Assembly: GCA_001001205.1 (NCBI GenBank)
Contig: LCKE01000015.1
Coordinates: 1-43,298, forward strand
From: Parcubacteria group bacterium GW2011_GWF2_45_11
Lineage (GTDB): Bacteria; Patescibacteriota; Patescibacteriia; UBA1558; UBA10009
Direction of reading: 5' to 3'
DNA length: 43,298 nucleotides
Shown piece after piece: positions 33,188-42,810 of this stretch; the stretch's first letter is position 1; the number at the start of each line of letters is the position of its first letter. A program made the position numbers and the translations under genes. The notes under the pieces were generated by a model. The model was not told where the DNA came from, did not search any database, and worked only from the letters and a program-made list of their open reading frames with translations.

Positions 33188-34105
33188 TTAGGGCCAATAA
33201 TAATGGTCAAATGCCCACTGGGCCAGCGCTTTTAACTCCTGAAAACGCTCAAATTCGCCCAGACTGCCCAAAACCACCACGTATATTTCCTGACGATCAG
33301 GCCCTTTGACCAAACTGGTTAAACAATAGCCGGCTTCGTCCAAATAGCCGGTCTTGCCCGCCTCAATCTTTAAATAACTGCCGACCAGCTGGTTGGTGTT
33401 AGTTAAAGTGTAATGTCTCGGCGCGTTCAGGACATTAAAAGAAAACTCCGGCCTGGAAGTGGCGCTGGCGATCTCCGCCTGGGCAAAGGCCACTTTAATC
33501 AATTTAACCAGATCATTGGCGGTGGTGACATTGCCTGGATCCAGACCGGTCGGTTCAACAAAATGGCTTTGAGCCATACCCAAGCTTTGAGCCTTAAGGT
33601 TCATTTCGTTAACAAATTCTTCCGCGCTTAAGCCCGTGGATCGGGCCAAAGCCGCCGTGGCGTTGTTGGAAGATGCCAGCAGACTGGCCTGGAATAAATC
33701 GCTGACAAAGATCTGCTCGCCCGCATATACATAAATCCTGCCGCCTTCCCGATAATCCCCGGGCTGGATGGTGACAACACTTTGCCAGCCCGGATTGTGA
33801 TCCAAAAAGACCAAAGCGGACATCAGCTTGGTCAGGCTGGCCAGCGATCTGAGTTCCGCGGGATTCTTTTGCCAAAGGACAAAATCCGTCCGCTTGTCCA
33901 CAATAATGGCGGACTGGGCTGTCACATCCACGCCCAATGAAATGTTGTTCTTTTTATAAGGCGCGCCGGCTCGGTAAGCTCGTTCCAAAAAAACGATCTG
34001 CCCGTTTTCAGAAAAAGCGCTGACATCAATCGTCTGAGCGGTCATAAGCGGCCAAACCACCAGCCCAAATAAGCCTGCCAAATTAGCTAAAATCGATAGT
34101 AACAT
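33188..34105 (-). CDS. D-alanyl-D-alanine carboxypeptidase (peptidase S11, PBP5-like)
   Basis: 305 aa. Signal/TM segment, then SxxK (SLTK), SxN (SSNNA) and KTG (KTGY) motifs in the canonical order. Confidence 0.88.
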   Translation of the reverse strand: MLLSILANLAGLFGLVVWPLMTAQTIDVSAFSENGQIVFLERAYRAGAPYKKNNISLGVDVTAQSAIIVDKRTDFVLWQKNPAELRSLASLTKLMSALVFLDHNPGWQSVVTIQPGDYREGGRIYVYAGEQIFVSDLFQASLLASSNNATAALARSTGLSAEEFVNEMNLKAQSLGMAQSHFVEPTGLDPGNVTTANDLVKLIKVAFAQAEIASATSRPEFSFNVLNAPRHYTLTNTNQLVGSYLKIEAGKTGYLDEAGYCLTSLVKGPDRQEIYVVVLGSLGEFERFQELKALAQWAFDHYYWP

Positions 34106-34475
34106 ACATCGGACCTTTTAATAACTGCCAAATGTCTGCCCAGTGGATAAAAAAAGAAGCGATCAAGGAAGCGATAATAAACAAAAAGGCAAACTGAAAA
34201 GCCAGGACCAAAACAGCGAACAGCATAGCCCCGCCGCCCAGTTTAAGCGAAACTTTAACCAGAATCAGGACGATTAAAAAAGGCAGTAATAAATAAATAA
34301 CCAAATAATACAAAAAGGCCAGCAAAGGAATCAAATACTCCAGGCCGTTAGCCCTAAACGCCCAGGCTAAGCCGTTGCAAAAAAAGAAATTAAACGCCGC
34401 CACTAAAAAACAGCCTAAACTTCCCGAAAAAGTCATGCCGTAAACCCTGCTTAAATCTTGACGGTAAGCTGGCAT
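34083..34475 (-). CDS. hypothetical multi-pass membrane protein
   Basis: 130 aa with 3-4 hydrophobic helices, tightly packed between rluB-like and dac genes. Confidence 0.55.
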   Translation of the reverse strand: MPAYRQDLSRVYGMTFSGSLGCFLVAAFNFFFCNGLAWAFRANGLEYLIPLLAFLYYLVIYLLLPFLIVLILVKVSLKLGGGAMLFAVLVLAFQFAFLFIIASLIASFFIHWADIWQLLKGPMYVTIDFS

Positions 34476-35158
34476 TAAATTATGTCTGTTTTATTAATAA
34501 ATTTATACCGGCCTAAAGGCAGGTCGCCTAATTTTAGTTTATTGACCCTGATTCTGATCAAGGCGACGGCTTTATAGCCTAAAGCTTCGCACATTCTCCT
34601 TACTTGGCGCTTCCAGCCCTGGTGCAAAACAATTCTGAACTGGTCAGGCGCCACCCTGACCAAACGATCAGCCGACGCCAGCCCCTCTCCCAGTTTAACG
34701 CCGCGCCTCAAACTGTGAATTGCTCCGCTGTCCAAAGGCCGGTCAACGGTTACCAGGTATTCCTTTTCGTGCTTATATTTAGGATGAGTCAGCTCCTGGA
34801 TTAACCGGCCGTCATTGGTAAAAATCAACAACCCTTGAGAATTTTTATCCAAACGGCCAACGGGCTTGATTTTTAAATCGGACGGCAATAACTCCATCAC
34901 CGTGCGGACCTTAGGCCTGTCCTTAACAGCAGTCACATAGCCCTTGGGCTTATTCAGCATCACGTAAACCAAAGCCGCGGCCGGCTTAACCAGCTGATGG
35001 CCGCAAACAACCACGTCTTTGAGGGGGTCCACTTTAACCCCAGGCTCGGTCACAATCTGATTATTGACTTTAATCTTGCCCTGAGCGATCAGTTTTTCGG
35101 CCGCCCGACGGGAGGCGATGCCGGCATCAGCTAAGTATTTCTGCAAACGGATTAACAT
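34475..35158 (-). CDS. pseudouridine synthase, RsuA/RluB family
   Basis: N-terminal S4 domain (RLQKYLADAGIASRRAAEKLI) and catalytic motif GRLDKNSQGLLIFTNDG. Confidence 0.9.
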   Translation of the reverse strand: MLIRLQKYLADAGIASRRAAEKLIAQGKIKVNNQIVTEPGVKVDPLKDVVVCGHQLVKPAAALVYVMLNKPKGYVTAVKDRPKVRTVMELLPSDLKIKPVGRLDKNSQGLLIFTNDGRLIQELTHPKYKHEKEYLVTVDRPLDSGAIHSLRRGVKLGEGLASADRLVRVAPDQFRIVLHQGWKRQVRRMCEALGYKAVALIRIRVNKLKLGDLPLGRYKFINKTDII

Positions 35159-36051
35159 AATTCGCGTGAACGGCGCCGAAAAACCTCAAGCATCTGGTTA
35201 TCGCTTTTACTACGCAAAGCCTGGCGCCCGTAATTTATGACCTGGCTTAAATGCCCATGACCTGATTGTAAAACACTCAACTTTATGCCGGGCAAAGGGT
35301 CAACCACTAAAACTTGATGGTTCTGGCAAAACTCCGTAAAGTCTTGCTGGTTGGCGCGGATAATTTTCAAATGGTTTTTTAGTAACCCCTTAATCTCGGC
35401 CGGAAAATGCCGGGTCTGAAAAATCCTGAACAGCCAAAAGCCCAGCCGCTGCTGAACCGACCAATCCTGTTTTTTATCGGCGTTAATGATTAAAAAATGA
35501 GTCACGCCCAGATCAATGGCTTTTTGGTAAACGAACGGACTGACCAATTCCGGATCAACGTAATGGGACATGGGCGATACCCGCTCCGGCAAATGATGAT
35601 GATTAATGGTCATGGTCGCTTTCATAGACTCCCAGATGTCAAAACCGTTCTTCTCATGGTTATGGTAATAAACGATTTTCTGATTCTGATAATCATAAAA
35701 AGGGATGAACAAATCGCCCGGCTGGTTTATAAGCTTGGCCAAATCCACGGGATACCGTCGCCGGAAAATTTCATCCACCAGGTAATCAAGGTTAAAAATC
35801 GGCCGACCGCTGAAAAGATTTAATTTGTTTAAAAAAAGCCGCGTATTCAATTCCTTGGTCCATATCTGGCTGATGGCGCCGTATTGCCCGGTATAAAAAT
35901 AAGTCAGGGTCGGAGCGCTGGAGGAAGCGCCGATCAAAACGTCAAAATTTGTCACGCCAAAATTTTTGGCTAACTCAATCAAAGCGCCGGCCGTAAAAGC
36001 CACCTTCATTCCCCCGCCATAACAAATTAAGGCTGTTTTAACTTGTTCCAT
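35152..36051 (-). CDS. patatin-like phospholipase family protein
   Basis: 299 aa. Oxyanion motif YGGGMKVAFTAGAL and a nucleophile-elbow-like IGASSSA. Assigned from motifs only. Confidence 0.65.
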   Translation of the reverse strand: MEQVKTALICYGGGMKVAFTAGALIELAKNFGVTNFDVLIGASSSAPTLTYFYTGQYGAISQIWTKELNTRLFLNKLNLFSGRPIFNLDYLVDEIFRRRYPVDLAKLINQPGDLFIPFYDYQNQKIVYYHNHEKNGFDIWESMKATMTINHHHLPERVSPMSHYVDPELVSPFVYQKAIDLGVTHFLIINADKKQDWSVQQRLGFWLFRIFQTRHFPAEIKGLLKNHLKIIRANQQDFTEFCQNHQVLVVDPLPGIKLSVLQSGHGHLSQVINYGRQALRSKSDNQMLEVFRRRSRELC

Positions 36052-36142
36052 AAACTGCTTTAAACCGTCAATGATTAAACTTCAGCCGGAGCGTTAAATT
36101 TAAACGCCGCCTTGGCCTGCCTGAACAATCGCCAGAAGACTC

Positions 36143-36754
36143 CTATGACTGATTAACCGCCACCTTAATCACGCGGTCGTCATCAGCCTCCAGTTGCTGA
36201 GGCGCGGCGGCAAAAAGTTTCTCCAAATTTTCATCGCTGTTCAACTTGGCAAAATCCGGCAGCTCATTCACGGAATTTAAACCCAAAAATTTAACAAAAT
36301 CAAGGGTGACGGCATACTCGGTGGCTGAGCGCTCCTTGTTATACTCGGCCTCAACTAAGCCACGAATCATCAGATTTCTTAAAATCAGGCTGCAGTTTAC
36401 TCCCCTGATTTGCTCAATTTCCGCTTTGGTGATCGGCTGCCTGTAAGCGATAATGGTCAAAGTTTCCAAAGACGGCTTGGTCAGCTCGCCCGTCAGATCA
36501 TTTTTTAAATATTCCTGGACTAAAGCGGCGTTGTCCGGAGCGGAAGCCAGCTGAACCTGGCCGTTATTTTGCAGCAGACGGATGCCACCGCCTTTATTGT
36601 TCAAATCGCGACTGATGAGTTCTATCCGCTCCTCCACTTCCTTGGGCTTCACGCTTAAAACTTCGGCTAATTTTTTGATGGAGACCGGCTTAGACGTGAC
36701 GATCAGCAAACTCTCAATTTTTGATTTTAATTCATCAGACATAATTTTCATCAA
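36143..36754 (-). CDS. scpB: segregation and condensation protein B
   Basis: 203 aa with two winged-helix repeats (IESLLIVTSKPVSIKKLAEVL; TLTIIAYRQPITKAEIEQIRGV). Confidence 0.88.
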   Translation of the reverse strand: MMKIMSDELKSKIESLLIVTSKPVSIKKLAEVLSVKPKEVEERIELISRDLNNKGGGIRLLQNNGQVQLASAPDNAALVQEYLKNDLTGELTKPSLETLTIIAYRQPITKAEIEQIRGVNCSLILRNLMIRGLVEAEYNKERSATEYAVTLDFVKFLGLNSVNELPDFAKLNSDENLEKLFAAAPQQLEADDDRVIKVAVNQS

Positions 36755-36803
36755 TAAGTTTTTGTATTAATGCCAACCAATCACCCTTCTTTATTCTTAA
36801 TTC

Positions 36804-37514
36804 TTATTCCTGATCAATCCTCTTTATTTTAATCTCCGCGAACATGGCCGTCTGCTCCACCTCAATGGTCTGCTGTTTAACCAGTTCCAGCATGGCTAAA
36901 AAGGCCACCACCACTTCGGTTTTACCGCCCTGGTTCAATAATTTTTTAAAGCTGAAATTAACCTGGCTGATGATGTAATCCTTGATCTGCCTGATTTTCT
37001 CGCTGATGGAAATTGTCCGGCGGATCACCTCCTGGGGCAAATTAACCACCGGTTCAAGCTTTTTCAAAACCTCAAAAAAAAGCGCCGGCAAGTCCCGCAG
37101 GCTGAATTTTTCCGGCGGACTAAATCTGGGCGTAAACACTCTCAGCGGTTTTTCCCTGGCAAAAATAAAATGCTTCCGCTTAATCAGTTTATCCATCGCC
37201 TTGGCGGCCTCGTAATATTCTTTATAGATTTTTAACTGGCGTTCCAAATCCAAAGTTTCTTCATCGTCAATATCCAAAGTTGGTATTAAGACTTTTGACT
37301 TTATCAATAATAACTTGGAGGCGACCACTAAAAAATCCGCCACTTCTTCGGGATTCATGGCCGCGGCCTGATTGACGTAATCCAAAAACTGTTCGGTCAC
37401 TTTGGCCAGCGAAACCCGGGTAATGTCCAGCTCTTCGTTTTCTATCAACTGCAACAAGAGGTCCAAAGGACCTTCAAAATGTTCAAGCTGAATTTTATAT
37501 AAAGATTGGCTCAC
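36804..37514 (-). CDS. scpA: segregation and condensation protein A
   Basis: 236 aa. N-terminal kleisin motif FEGPLDLLLQLIENEELDITRVSLAKVTEQF. Confidence 0.9.
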   Translation of the reverse strand: MSQSLYKIQLEHFEGPLDLLLQLIENEELDITRVSLAKVTEQFLDYVNQAAAMNPEEVADFLVVASKLLLIKSKVLIPTLDIDDEETLDLERQLKIYKEYYEAAKAMDKLIKRKHFIFAREKPLRVFTPRFSPPEKFSLRDLPALFFEVLKKLEPVVNLPQEVIRRTISISEKIRQIKDYIISQVNFSFKKLLNQGGKTEVVVAFLAMLELVKQQTIEVEQTAMFAEIKIKRIDQE

Positions 37515-38116
37515 CTGACTTGTTTACTTTTTCTTTTTGCCTTAAGGCCGGCCGCCTGTTTAGGTTTTGACCTTAGGCTTTGTTTGCTGGACTGGCCGCC
37601 TGCTCGCTTAACCGGCCGGGCTAGCCTTTTTGGTTTATTAATCTTTCTCGCCACGGTAAAATTGCCCAAAACCGGATTTTCTACGGCCAAAAAATCCTTG
37701 ACTTTAAGACGGAGGCTTTCCACAAAACTGCCGCTGGAAAATACCGCCGTTTTAACCTTGGTTAAACTCTGGTCAACGACCACGGGAATTTTATACAATG
37801 AGCCGAAAGCGCTGATCGCGCCCGGTTTAACCTTAAAAGCGGCGGTCATGACTTTTTCCTTGGGAATGGAAATCTTGCTGACCTGGACATTTAAAACTTT
37901 GGCTAATTTTTTAAAATCCAGATTCTTATCGGCCGGCAACAGGGCCAGATAAAAATCTTTGCCCACTTTGACCAGCAAAGACTTAACCACCTCGCCCAGC
38001 TTAACTTTAAGAGTAGCGGCGGCGTCAAAAGCCGTAAAGACCTGACGGTGTCCGACAATTTCAAACTGCGCCTTGGCCTGGCCTAACTTATCTAATAATT
38101 TTTGGGATATTGGCAT
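37511..38116 (-). CDS. YbaK/EbsC-type aminoacyl-tRNA deacylase domain protein with Lys-rich tail
   Basis: 201 aa. A YbaK-like core (KSLLVKVGKDFYLALLPADKNLDFKKL...AISAFG) is followed by a basic tail of about 45 aa. Confidence 0.65.
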   Translation of the reverse strand: MPISQKLLDKLGQAKAQFEIVGHRQVFTAFDAAATLKVKLGEVVKSLLVKVGKDFYLALLPADKNLDFKKLAKVLNVQVSKISIPKEKVMTAAFKVKPGAISAFGSLYKIPVVVDQSLTKVKTAVFSSGSFVESLRLKVKDFLAVENPVLGNFTVARKINKPKRLARPVKRAGGQSSKQSLRSKPKQAAGLKAKRKSKQVR

Positions 38117-38268
38117 GAATTATTGGGTTAAGGGTTAAGTGTCACCCGCCCGACTCACCGTCGTAACGGGCGGGCACGTTATGGGTTAAGTGATTGTTTA
38201 ATTTTTTGCCGCGCCCCGCTCGCTCCGCTTGCGGCGTCGGGTCTGGGATTATTTGTTTTCTTGATTTT

Positions 38269-38589
38269 TTAATTTTTGATTATTGGCTTTCTGGCTTTCT
38301 TAAACGGCAACTGACGCTGTTCGCCCAGAATCTTTTTGGTCACCCGCCGGCCGAGCGGCGTTAAAGCCACCTCTTTAATGAACCATTTATCCTTGGTCCG
38401 TTGGCCAAAACCGACCATCAAGCCTTTATCAATCAACCGCTCCAGACTTTTGGTGATGACGTTAACCAAATCTTTTTTGCTGGGTGATTTTTTTTGCTTA
38501 GCATAAAATCCGGCAAAAATTCTGCGATCAGTCTTTTTCTGCCCGTAGGCCTCCAAGACAATAAATTTTTGCAGGACGGAAAGCTTCAT
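38269..38589 (-). CDS. hypothetical basic protein (winged-helix-like)
   Basis: 106 aa, Lys/Arg-rich, with a helix-turn-helix-like central part. No diagnostic motif. Confidence 0.55.
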   Translation of the reverse strand: MKLSVLQKFIVLEAYGQKKTDRRIFAGFYAKQKKSPSKKDLVNVITKSLERLIDKGLMVGFGQRTKDKWFIKEVALTPLGRRVTKKILGEQRQLPFKKARKPIIKN

Positions 38590-38662
38590 ACTTTCTATGA
38601 TTTATCCGGCACCCCCTGAAGTATATTTATATAACTTAAGAGTGGTGCTCGGGGCGCTGGCT

Positions 38663-38986
38663 TTATTCATTACCGGGCTCTTTATACCCCATGTCCAACG
38701 GCTCGTCATGCCTAAGCAAATAATAGCTGTTGTCATTGTCATCGTGTTCTAATAAACTTTTCTTAACCAGGTAGTCAAAATCCGCTTGGTCAAATCTGAC
38801 TATTTCAACATCGTCTTGCTTGGGTTTCCGGCGAGTTTGATCGTTATATTCTTCCTGAATCTCGGCCACGGTGAACCTGTCCCGGCCGGTCTCCTTTAAT
38901 ATCTCATAAAGTCTCCTAGCCTGATCAGCATCTTTTCCTTCTCTTTTTTCGGCTGACCAGCCAAAATGACGCTCAAAATTTGTCAT
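38663..38986 (-). CDS. hypothetical acidic protein
   Basis: 107 aa with no recognisable motif. It lies 17 nt upstream of aspS on the same strand. Confidence 0.55.
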   Translation of the reverse strand: MTNFERHFGWSAEKREGKDADQARRLYEILKETGRDRFTVAEIQEEYNDQTRRKPKQDDVEIVRFDQADFDYLVKKSLLEHDDNDNSYYLLRHDEPLDMGYKEPGNE

Positions 38987-39003
38987 AATAATAACGTTAA
39001 TGA

Positions 39004-40389
39004 TTATTTTTTGATCTTAAGGCCAAGCTCCGCCAATTGTTCCGGTTCCACGGCCGCGGGCGAATCCATTAACGGATCGCGGTTATCGGAAGTTTTAGGA
39101 AAAGCCATAACTTCTCTGATTGAAACTTCGCCGCAAAGAATGGCGACCAGGCGATCCAAGCCAAAAGCAATGCCGCCATGCGGGGGCACGCCGTATTTAA
39201 AGGCTTCCAAAAGATGCCCGAACTTCGCCTGAATCTCTTTGTCGCTATGCCCTAAAACTTCAAAAACTTTGTGCAAAATTTCGGGATTATGCGTTCTGAT
39301 GGAACCGCCGGCCACTTCATTGCCGTTTAAAACCAGGTCGTATTGCAGCGCGCGGATACTTTCCAGCTCGCCTTTTTCCAACAGCGGCAAGTCTTCTGGA
39401 TTAACTGACGTAAATGGATGATGGGTGGCGCCCCAGCGCCGGTCGCCTGCCTTATATTCAAACATCGGAAAATCAGTCACCCACAAAAAAGCGTATTCTT
39501 CGGGATTGTTTTTGTCTTGCCTAATGTCCGGCTTGTCGGAATTATATTTTTCCATCGCTACCTTATAAGTCATCCTCGGAAAAGTGATTTTAATCCCGGG
39601 TTTGATTTTGGCCAAGACAGCCATGATCATTTTTTCCATTAAAGACAAAACGTCCGCCTGTTCCACAAAACTCATTTCCACGTCCAGTTGGGTGAATTCC
39701 GCCTGCCGGTCGCCGCGCTGATCTTCGTCCCGGAAACAGCGGACTATTTGAAAATACTTTTCCAGGCCGGCCACCATTAGCATCTGCTTGTACTGCTGCG
39801 GCGACTGCGGTAGGGCGTAAAACTTGCCCGGATAATTTCTGGACGGCACCAAAAAATCACGGGCGCCTTCGGGGGTTGATTTGGACAAAAACGGCGTTTC
39901 AATTTCCAAAAAGTCATTCTGATAAAAAAACTCCCGCATCGCCCGGATGATCTGATGCCGGGTAACGATGTTTTTTTTCATCCGTTCGTGCCTTAAATCC
40001 AGATAGCGGTATTTAAGCCTCAGCTCTTCATTGGCCTGCCGGTCTTCGTTATCAATTTCAAACGGCGGCGTTGCGGCCTCCGCCAAAATAGTAACTGACG
40101 TGGCCAAAACCTCAACCGTGCCGGTCAATAAATCTTGATTAATCTGCTTCGCGCCCCTTGTCTGCACCCGGCCTTCTATGGCCAGAACATATTCGGGCTT
40201 AATGTCTTTGATGATTTCCGCCGATCGCTCATCCAATTCAGACGGCACTAAAACTACCTGCACCAACCCCGAACGGTCCCTTAGGTCAACAAACACAATC
40301 TTGCCCATTTTGCGGACCACGTGCACCCAGCCCATGAGTAAAACTTTTTGATCAACCTGATTAATGGTTTCTCTATTGTTGATTTTCAT
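39004..40389 (-). CDS. aspS: aspartyl-tRNA synthetase, bacterial type lacking the GAD insertion domain
   Basis: 461 aa. OB-fold N-domain, motif 2 FRDEDQRGDRQAEFTQLDVEMSF, motif 3 GIAFGLDRL. YNSDKPDIRQDKNN runs straight into FLWVTDFPMFEY, where the ~130-aa GAD domain sits in E. coli AspRS. Confidence 0.93.
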   Translation of the reverse strand: MKINNRETINQVDQKVLLMGWVHVVRKMGKIVFVDLRDRSGLVQVVLVPSELDERSAEIIKDIKPEYVLAIEGRVQTRGAKQINQDLLTGTVEVLATSVTILAEAATPPFEIDNEDRQANEELRLKYRYLDLRHERMKKNIVTRHQIIRAMREFFYQNDFLEIETPFLSKSTPEGARDFLVPSRNYPGKFYALPQSPQQYKQMLMVAGLEKYFQIVRCFRDEDQRGDRQAEFTQLDVEMSFVEQADVLSLMEKMIMAVLAKIKPGIKITFPRMTYKVAMEKYNSDKPDIRQDKNNPEEYAFLWVTDFPMFEYKAGDRRWGATHHPFTSVNPEDLPLLEKGELESIRALQYDLVLNGNEVAGGSIRTHNPEILHKVFEVLGHSDKEIQAKFGHLLEAFKYGVPPHGGIAFGLDRLVAILCGEVSIREVMAFPKTSDNRDPLMDSPAAVEPEQLAELGLKIKK

Positions 40390-40442
40390 AAAATTACAAA
40401 ATCGTATTTTCCGTTTTCCCCATATGACTAAATTGATTTATA

Positions 40443-40682
40443 TTATAAACCGTTCTCTTGCCTGTCCGAGATTTTTTCGCGAGTACTGACTGTGTCCCCA
40501 TAATTTCTTTCAGTCTGATCAAGATCAGGCTTAGTTCCGCGTTGTCCCCGGGGCCGCCTGATTTCCTCGGCAAAAATCTCGGCGACTTCAGGATCCTGAG
40601 GCGAATCAGAATATTCAGATAAAGTTTCTCTGATTTGATCATCAGGCAACCTAGGGACAAACCTTTCCCGTGGATTTAACAT
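40443..40682 (-). CDS. hypothetical small charged protein
   Basis: 79 aa. Preferred over the overlapping 40394-40660 frame because of its composition and ATG start. No motif. Confidence 0.45.
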   Translation of the reverse strand: MLNPRERFVPRLPDDQIRETLSEYSDSPQDPEVAEIFAEEIRRPRGQRGTKPDLDQTERNYGDTVSTREKISDRQENGL

Positions 40683-40802
40683 AAAATTTAAAATTAATGA
40701 TTAAGTCCTCCAAAATTTTTCCTTCTTACCCAGGGCCAAATCCGGCCGAACCGGCCCCCGCCTTCATTCTTTATTCTTTATTCTTCCTACGGCCTGAGTC
40801 TG

Positions 40803-42092
40803 TTAATCATTCTGGGAAACGGAATGGTTTCGCGGATATGATGCACGCCGGCCAACCAACCGACCAGTCGTGTATTTTCTCAAATCCAAATACCATTGAA
40901 AAGCTTCTACCGGCAATTTTTCTTTTTTGATTCTTTCTAGCAAGATCTGATAATCATCCTCCCTTTGCGAACCCCCGATAACTTCGCCAAAGCCTTCGGT
41001 GGCGATTAAATCATCGCACAAAGCCACTTGATCGGCGCTATCGTGCTTCATGTAAAAAGCTTTGATGTGCGCCGGCCATTTTTCCACAAAAACTGGCACG
41101 TCTGAATCTTTAGTCAGTAAAGTTTCATCATCGGCGCCCAGATCGTCATCTTCTTTAATGTCGGAACCCAGGGCCTGCAGTTTTTTAACGGCCTCGGCGT
41201 AAGTCAGCCTTAAAAACGGCGCTTTGATTTTCTTTAACGGCGCAATTTCCCTTTCCAAAATTTCCAGTTCTTTTTGATTCTCGGCCAAAACCTGGCTAAC
41301 CACAAAACTGATTAAGTCTTCCTGAATTTTCATGTTTTCTTCATGTTGAACAAAAGCGGCTTCGGCATCCATCATCCAAAATTCCGTCAAATGCTTTCTG
41401 GTTTTAGATTTTTCCGCCCGGAACACCGGACCAAAATCAAAGACCCGGCCGTGGGCGAAAATTGCCGCTTCAATATAAAGCTGCCCGGATTGCGAAAGAT
41501 AAGCCGATCCAAGATCAAAATACGGCACTTCAAACAAAGTGGTGGTGCCTTCGCAGGCGGTGGGCGTTAAAATCGGCGAATCTATTTTAATAAAGCCGTT
41601 AGCATTCAAATATGCGTAAAGTGAGTTGATGACGGTGTTTCTGAGTTGCTGGATGGCCCATTGCTTAGGGCTCCTAAGCCACAAATGACGGTTTTCCAAA
41701 AGAAAATCCGGACCATGTTCTTTGTTGCCGATCGGATATTCTTCGGCCACCTGAATCAGCTTAATATCGCTGACCTGCAATTCGTATTCTTCTTTTTTAG
41801 GATGTTTGCTGATAATACCAGTAAGTTCTACTGAAGTTTCCTGGGTGATTTTTTGACAATCAGCCCAAACCTGGGCGCTAACCACCGACTTATTGACGAT
41901 CGCCTGAATAAAACCCGCGCCGTCCCTGATTTGCAAAAAATAAAGACTCCCGCTTGATCGAAAGTTATAGACCCAACCTTGAATTTTCACCTCCTGCCCG
42001 ACAAATTTTCCAGCCTTTAATATGCTTATTATAGTCATAGATTTATGGTAATTATAATATTTTTTGGTTTTTTTGTAAAACTGGTTTGCCAT
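40803..42092 (-). CDS. asnS: asparaginyl-tRNA synthetase with deletion/frameshift at motif 3 (possible pseudogene)
   Basis: OB-fold N-domain and motif 2 ([28 protein letters not shown]) are intact. After WYLDLRKY the frame yields a non-homologous tail. The conserved end [28 protein letters not shown] is readable in the +1 frame (40790-40871, stop 40787-40789). About 13 codons (G..PH.GFGLG.E) are missing. Confidence 0.85.
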   Translation of the reverse strand: MANQFYKKTKKYYNYHKSMTIISILKAGKFVGQEVKIQGWVYNFRSSGSLYFLQIRDGAGFIQAIVNKSVVSAQVWADCQKITQETSVELTGIISKHPKKEEYELQVSDIKLIQVAEEYPIGNKEHGPDFLLENRHLWLRSPKQWAIQQLRNTVINSLYAYLNANGFIKIDSPILTPTACEGTTTLFEVPYFDLGSAYLSQSGQLYIEAAIFAHGRVFDFGPVFRAEKSKTRKHLTEFWMMDAEAAFVQHEENMKIQEDLISFVVSQVLAENQKELEILEREIAPLKKIKAPFLRLTYAEAVKKLQALGSDIKEDDDLGADDETLLTKDSDVPVFVEKWPAHIKAFYMKHDSADQVALCDDLIATEGFGEVIGGSQREDDYQILLERIKKEKLPVEAFQWYLDLRKYTTGRLVGRRASYPRNHSVSQND

Positions 42093-42159
42093 AAACCCGA
42101 ACGAGTAAAACGAGTGAGTGGTTTATGGCTCCAAGACTTAAGATTTCACCCCGCCGCAT

Positions 42160-42234
42160 TGGCTGTGGAGGCTGGATTCGAACCAGCGACATCATGATTA
42201 ACAGTCATGCGTTCTACCACTGAACTACTCCACA
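42160..42234 (-). tRNA. tRNA-Asn(GUU)
   Basis: TGTGGAG TA GTTC AGTGGTA GAAC G CATGA CTGTTAA TCATG ATGTC GCTGG TTCGAAT CCAGC CTCCACA G CCA. Confidence 0.93.
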
Positions 42235-42332
42235 ACTAATGTAGCGGGGCGGCTTGGACAATAACTAACTGCCACGCCGGCGCTCCTGTGATATAATAGA
42301 ATAACTAATCAACAGCTAATTTTTTTTAAAAT

Positions 42333-42749
42333 ATGACTAATCTTGAATCGTCCGAACCGGCCAGATTAAGCCGTCAATTATATCGTAATCTGGTTTTTGT
42401 CGTCGGCATCATCGCCACTTTTGCCTATAGAATCATCGTGGTTTTGAATTATTACAGCCAGCTGTGGGTGGAAATTTCCTGGTACATCGGCACGCTGGGA
42501 TTTATCTGGTACTTTGCCCATCGCTACCGGGTGGAAAACAAACGCGATAAACTGGTGGAAGAAAAACAGCTGGCGGAAAAAATCGTGTCGCAGGGGGAAC
42601 TGAGCGCAGCAGACCGTGAATCGCTGGCTTACATCTTAAATGGCCTAAAAACCAGCAAAGCCAAATGGAACTATATTTTTATCTTTATTTTCTCGGTCTT
42701 AGCCCTGATTTACGGCATTTATAACCATTTAACTCTGTGGTTAAAATAA
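42333..42749 (+). CDS. hypothetical membrane protein
   Basis: 138 aa with 3 hydrophobic helices separated by a charged helical segment. Confidence 0.6.
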   Translation: MTNLESSEPARLSRQLYRNLVFVVGIIATFAYRIIVVLNYYSQLWVEISWYIGTLGFIWYFAHRYRVENKRDKLVEEKQLAEKIVSQGELSAADRESLAYILNGLKTSKAKWNYIFIFIFSVLALIYGIYNHLTLWLK

Positions 42750-42810
42750 TCTAAACGGCCGGGCGCTGATTTCAGCTTCAACGGGCTTGGCCACGCCCTC
42801 AAAAAATCAA

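Noticed and set aside
37506-37952. 148-aa plus-strand ORF. Many similar 60-130-aa ORFs lie antisense to valS, add, tsaD, the aminotransferase, rnc, HlyD, the ATP-grasp gene, dac, patatin, scpA/B, aspS and asnS.
   Set aside because: All are nested antisense or out of frame inside long ORFs with clear family motifs. They are typical shadow ORFs.
40394-40660. 88-aa minus-strand ORF overlapping the 79-aa ORF at 40443-40682.
   Set aside because: Only one of the two can be real. The 79-aa frame has an ATG start and a more protein-like charged composition. Neither has a recognisable motif.
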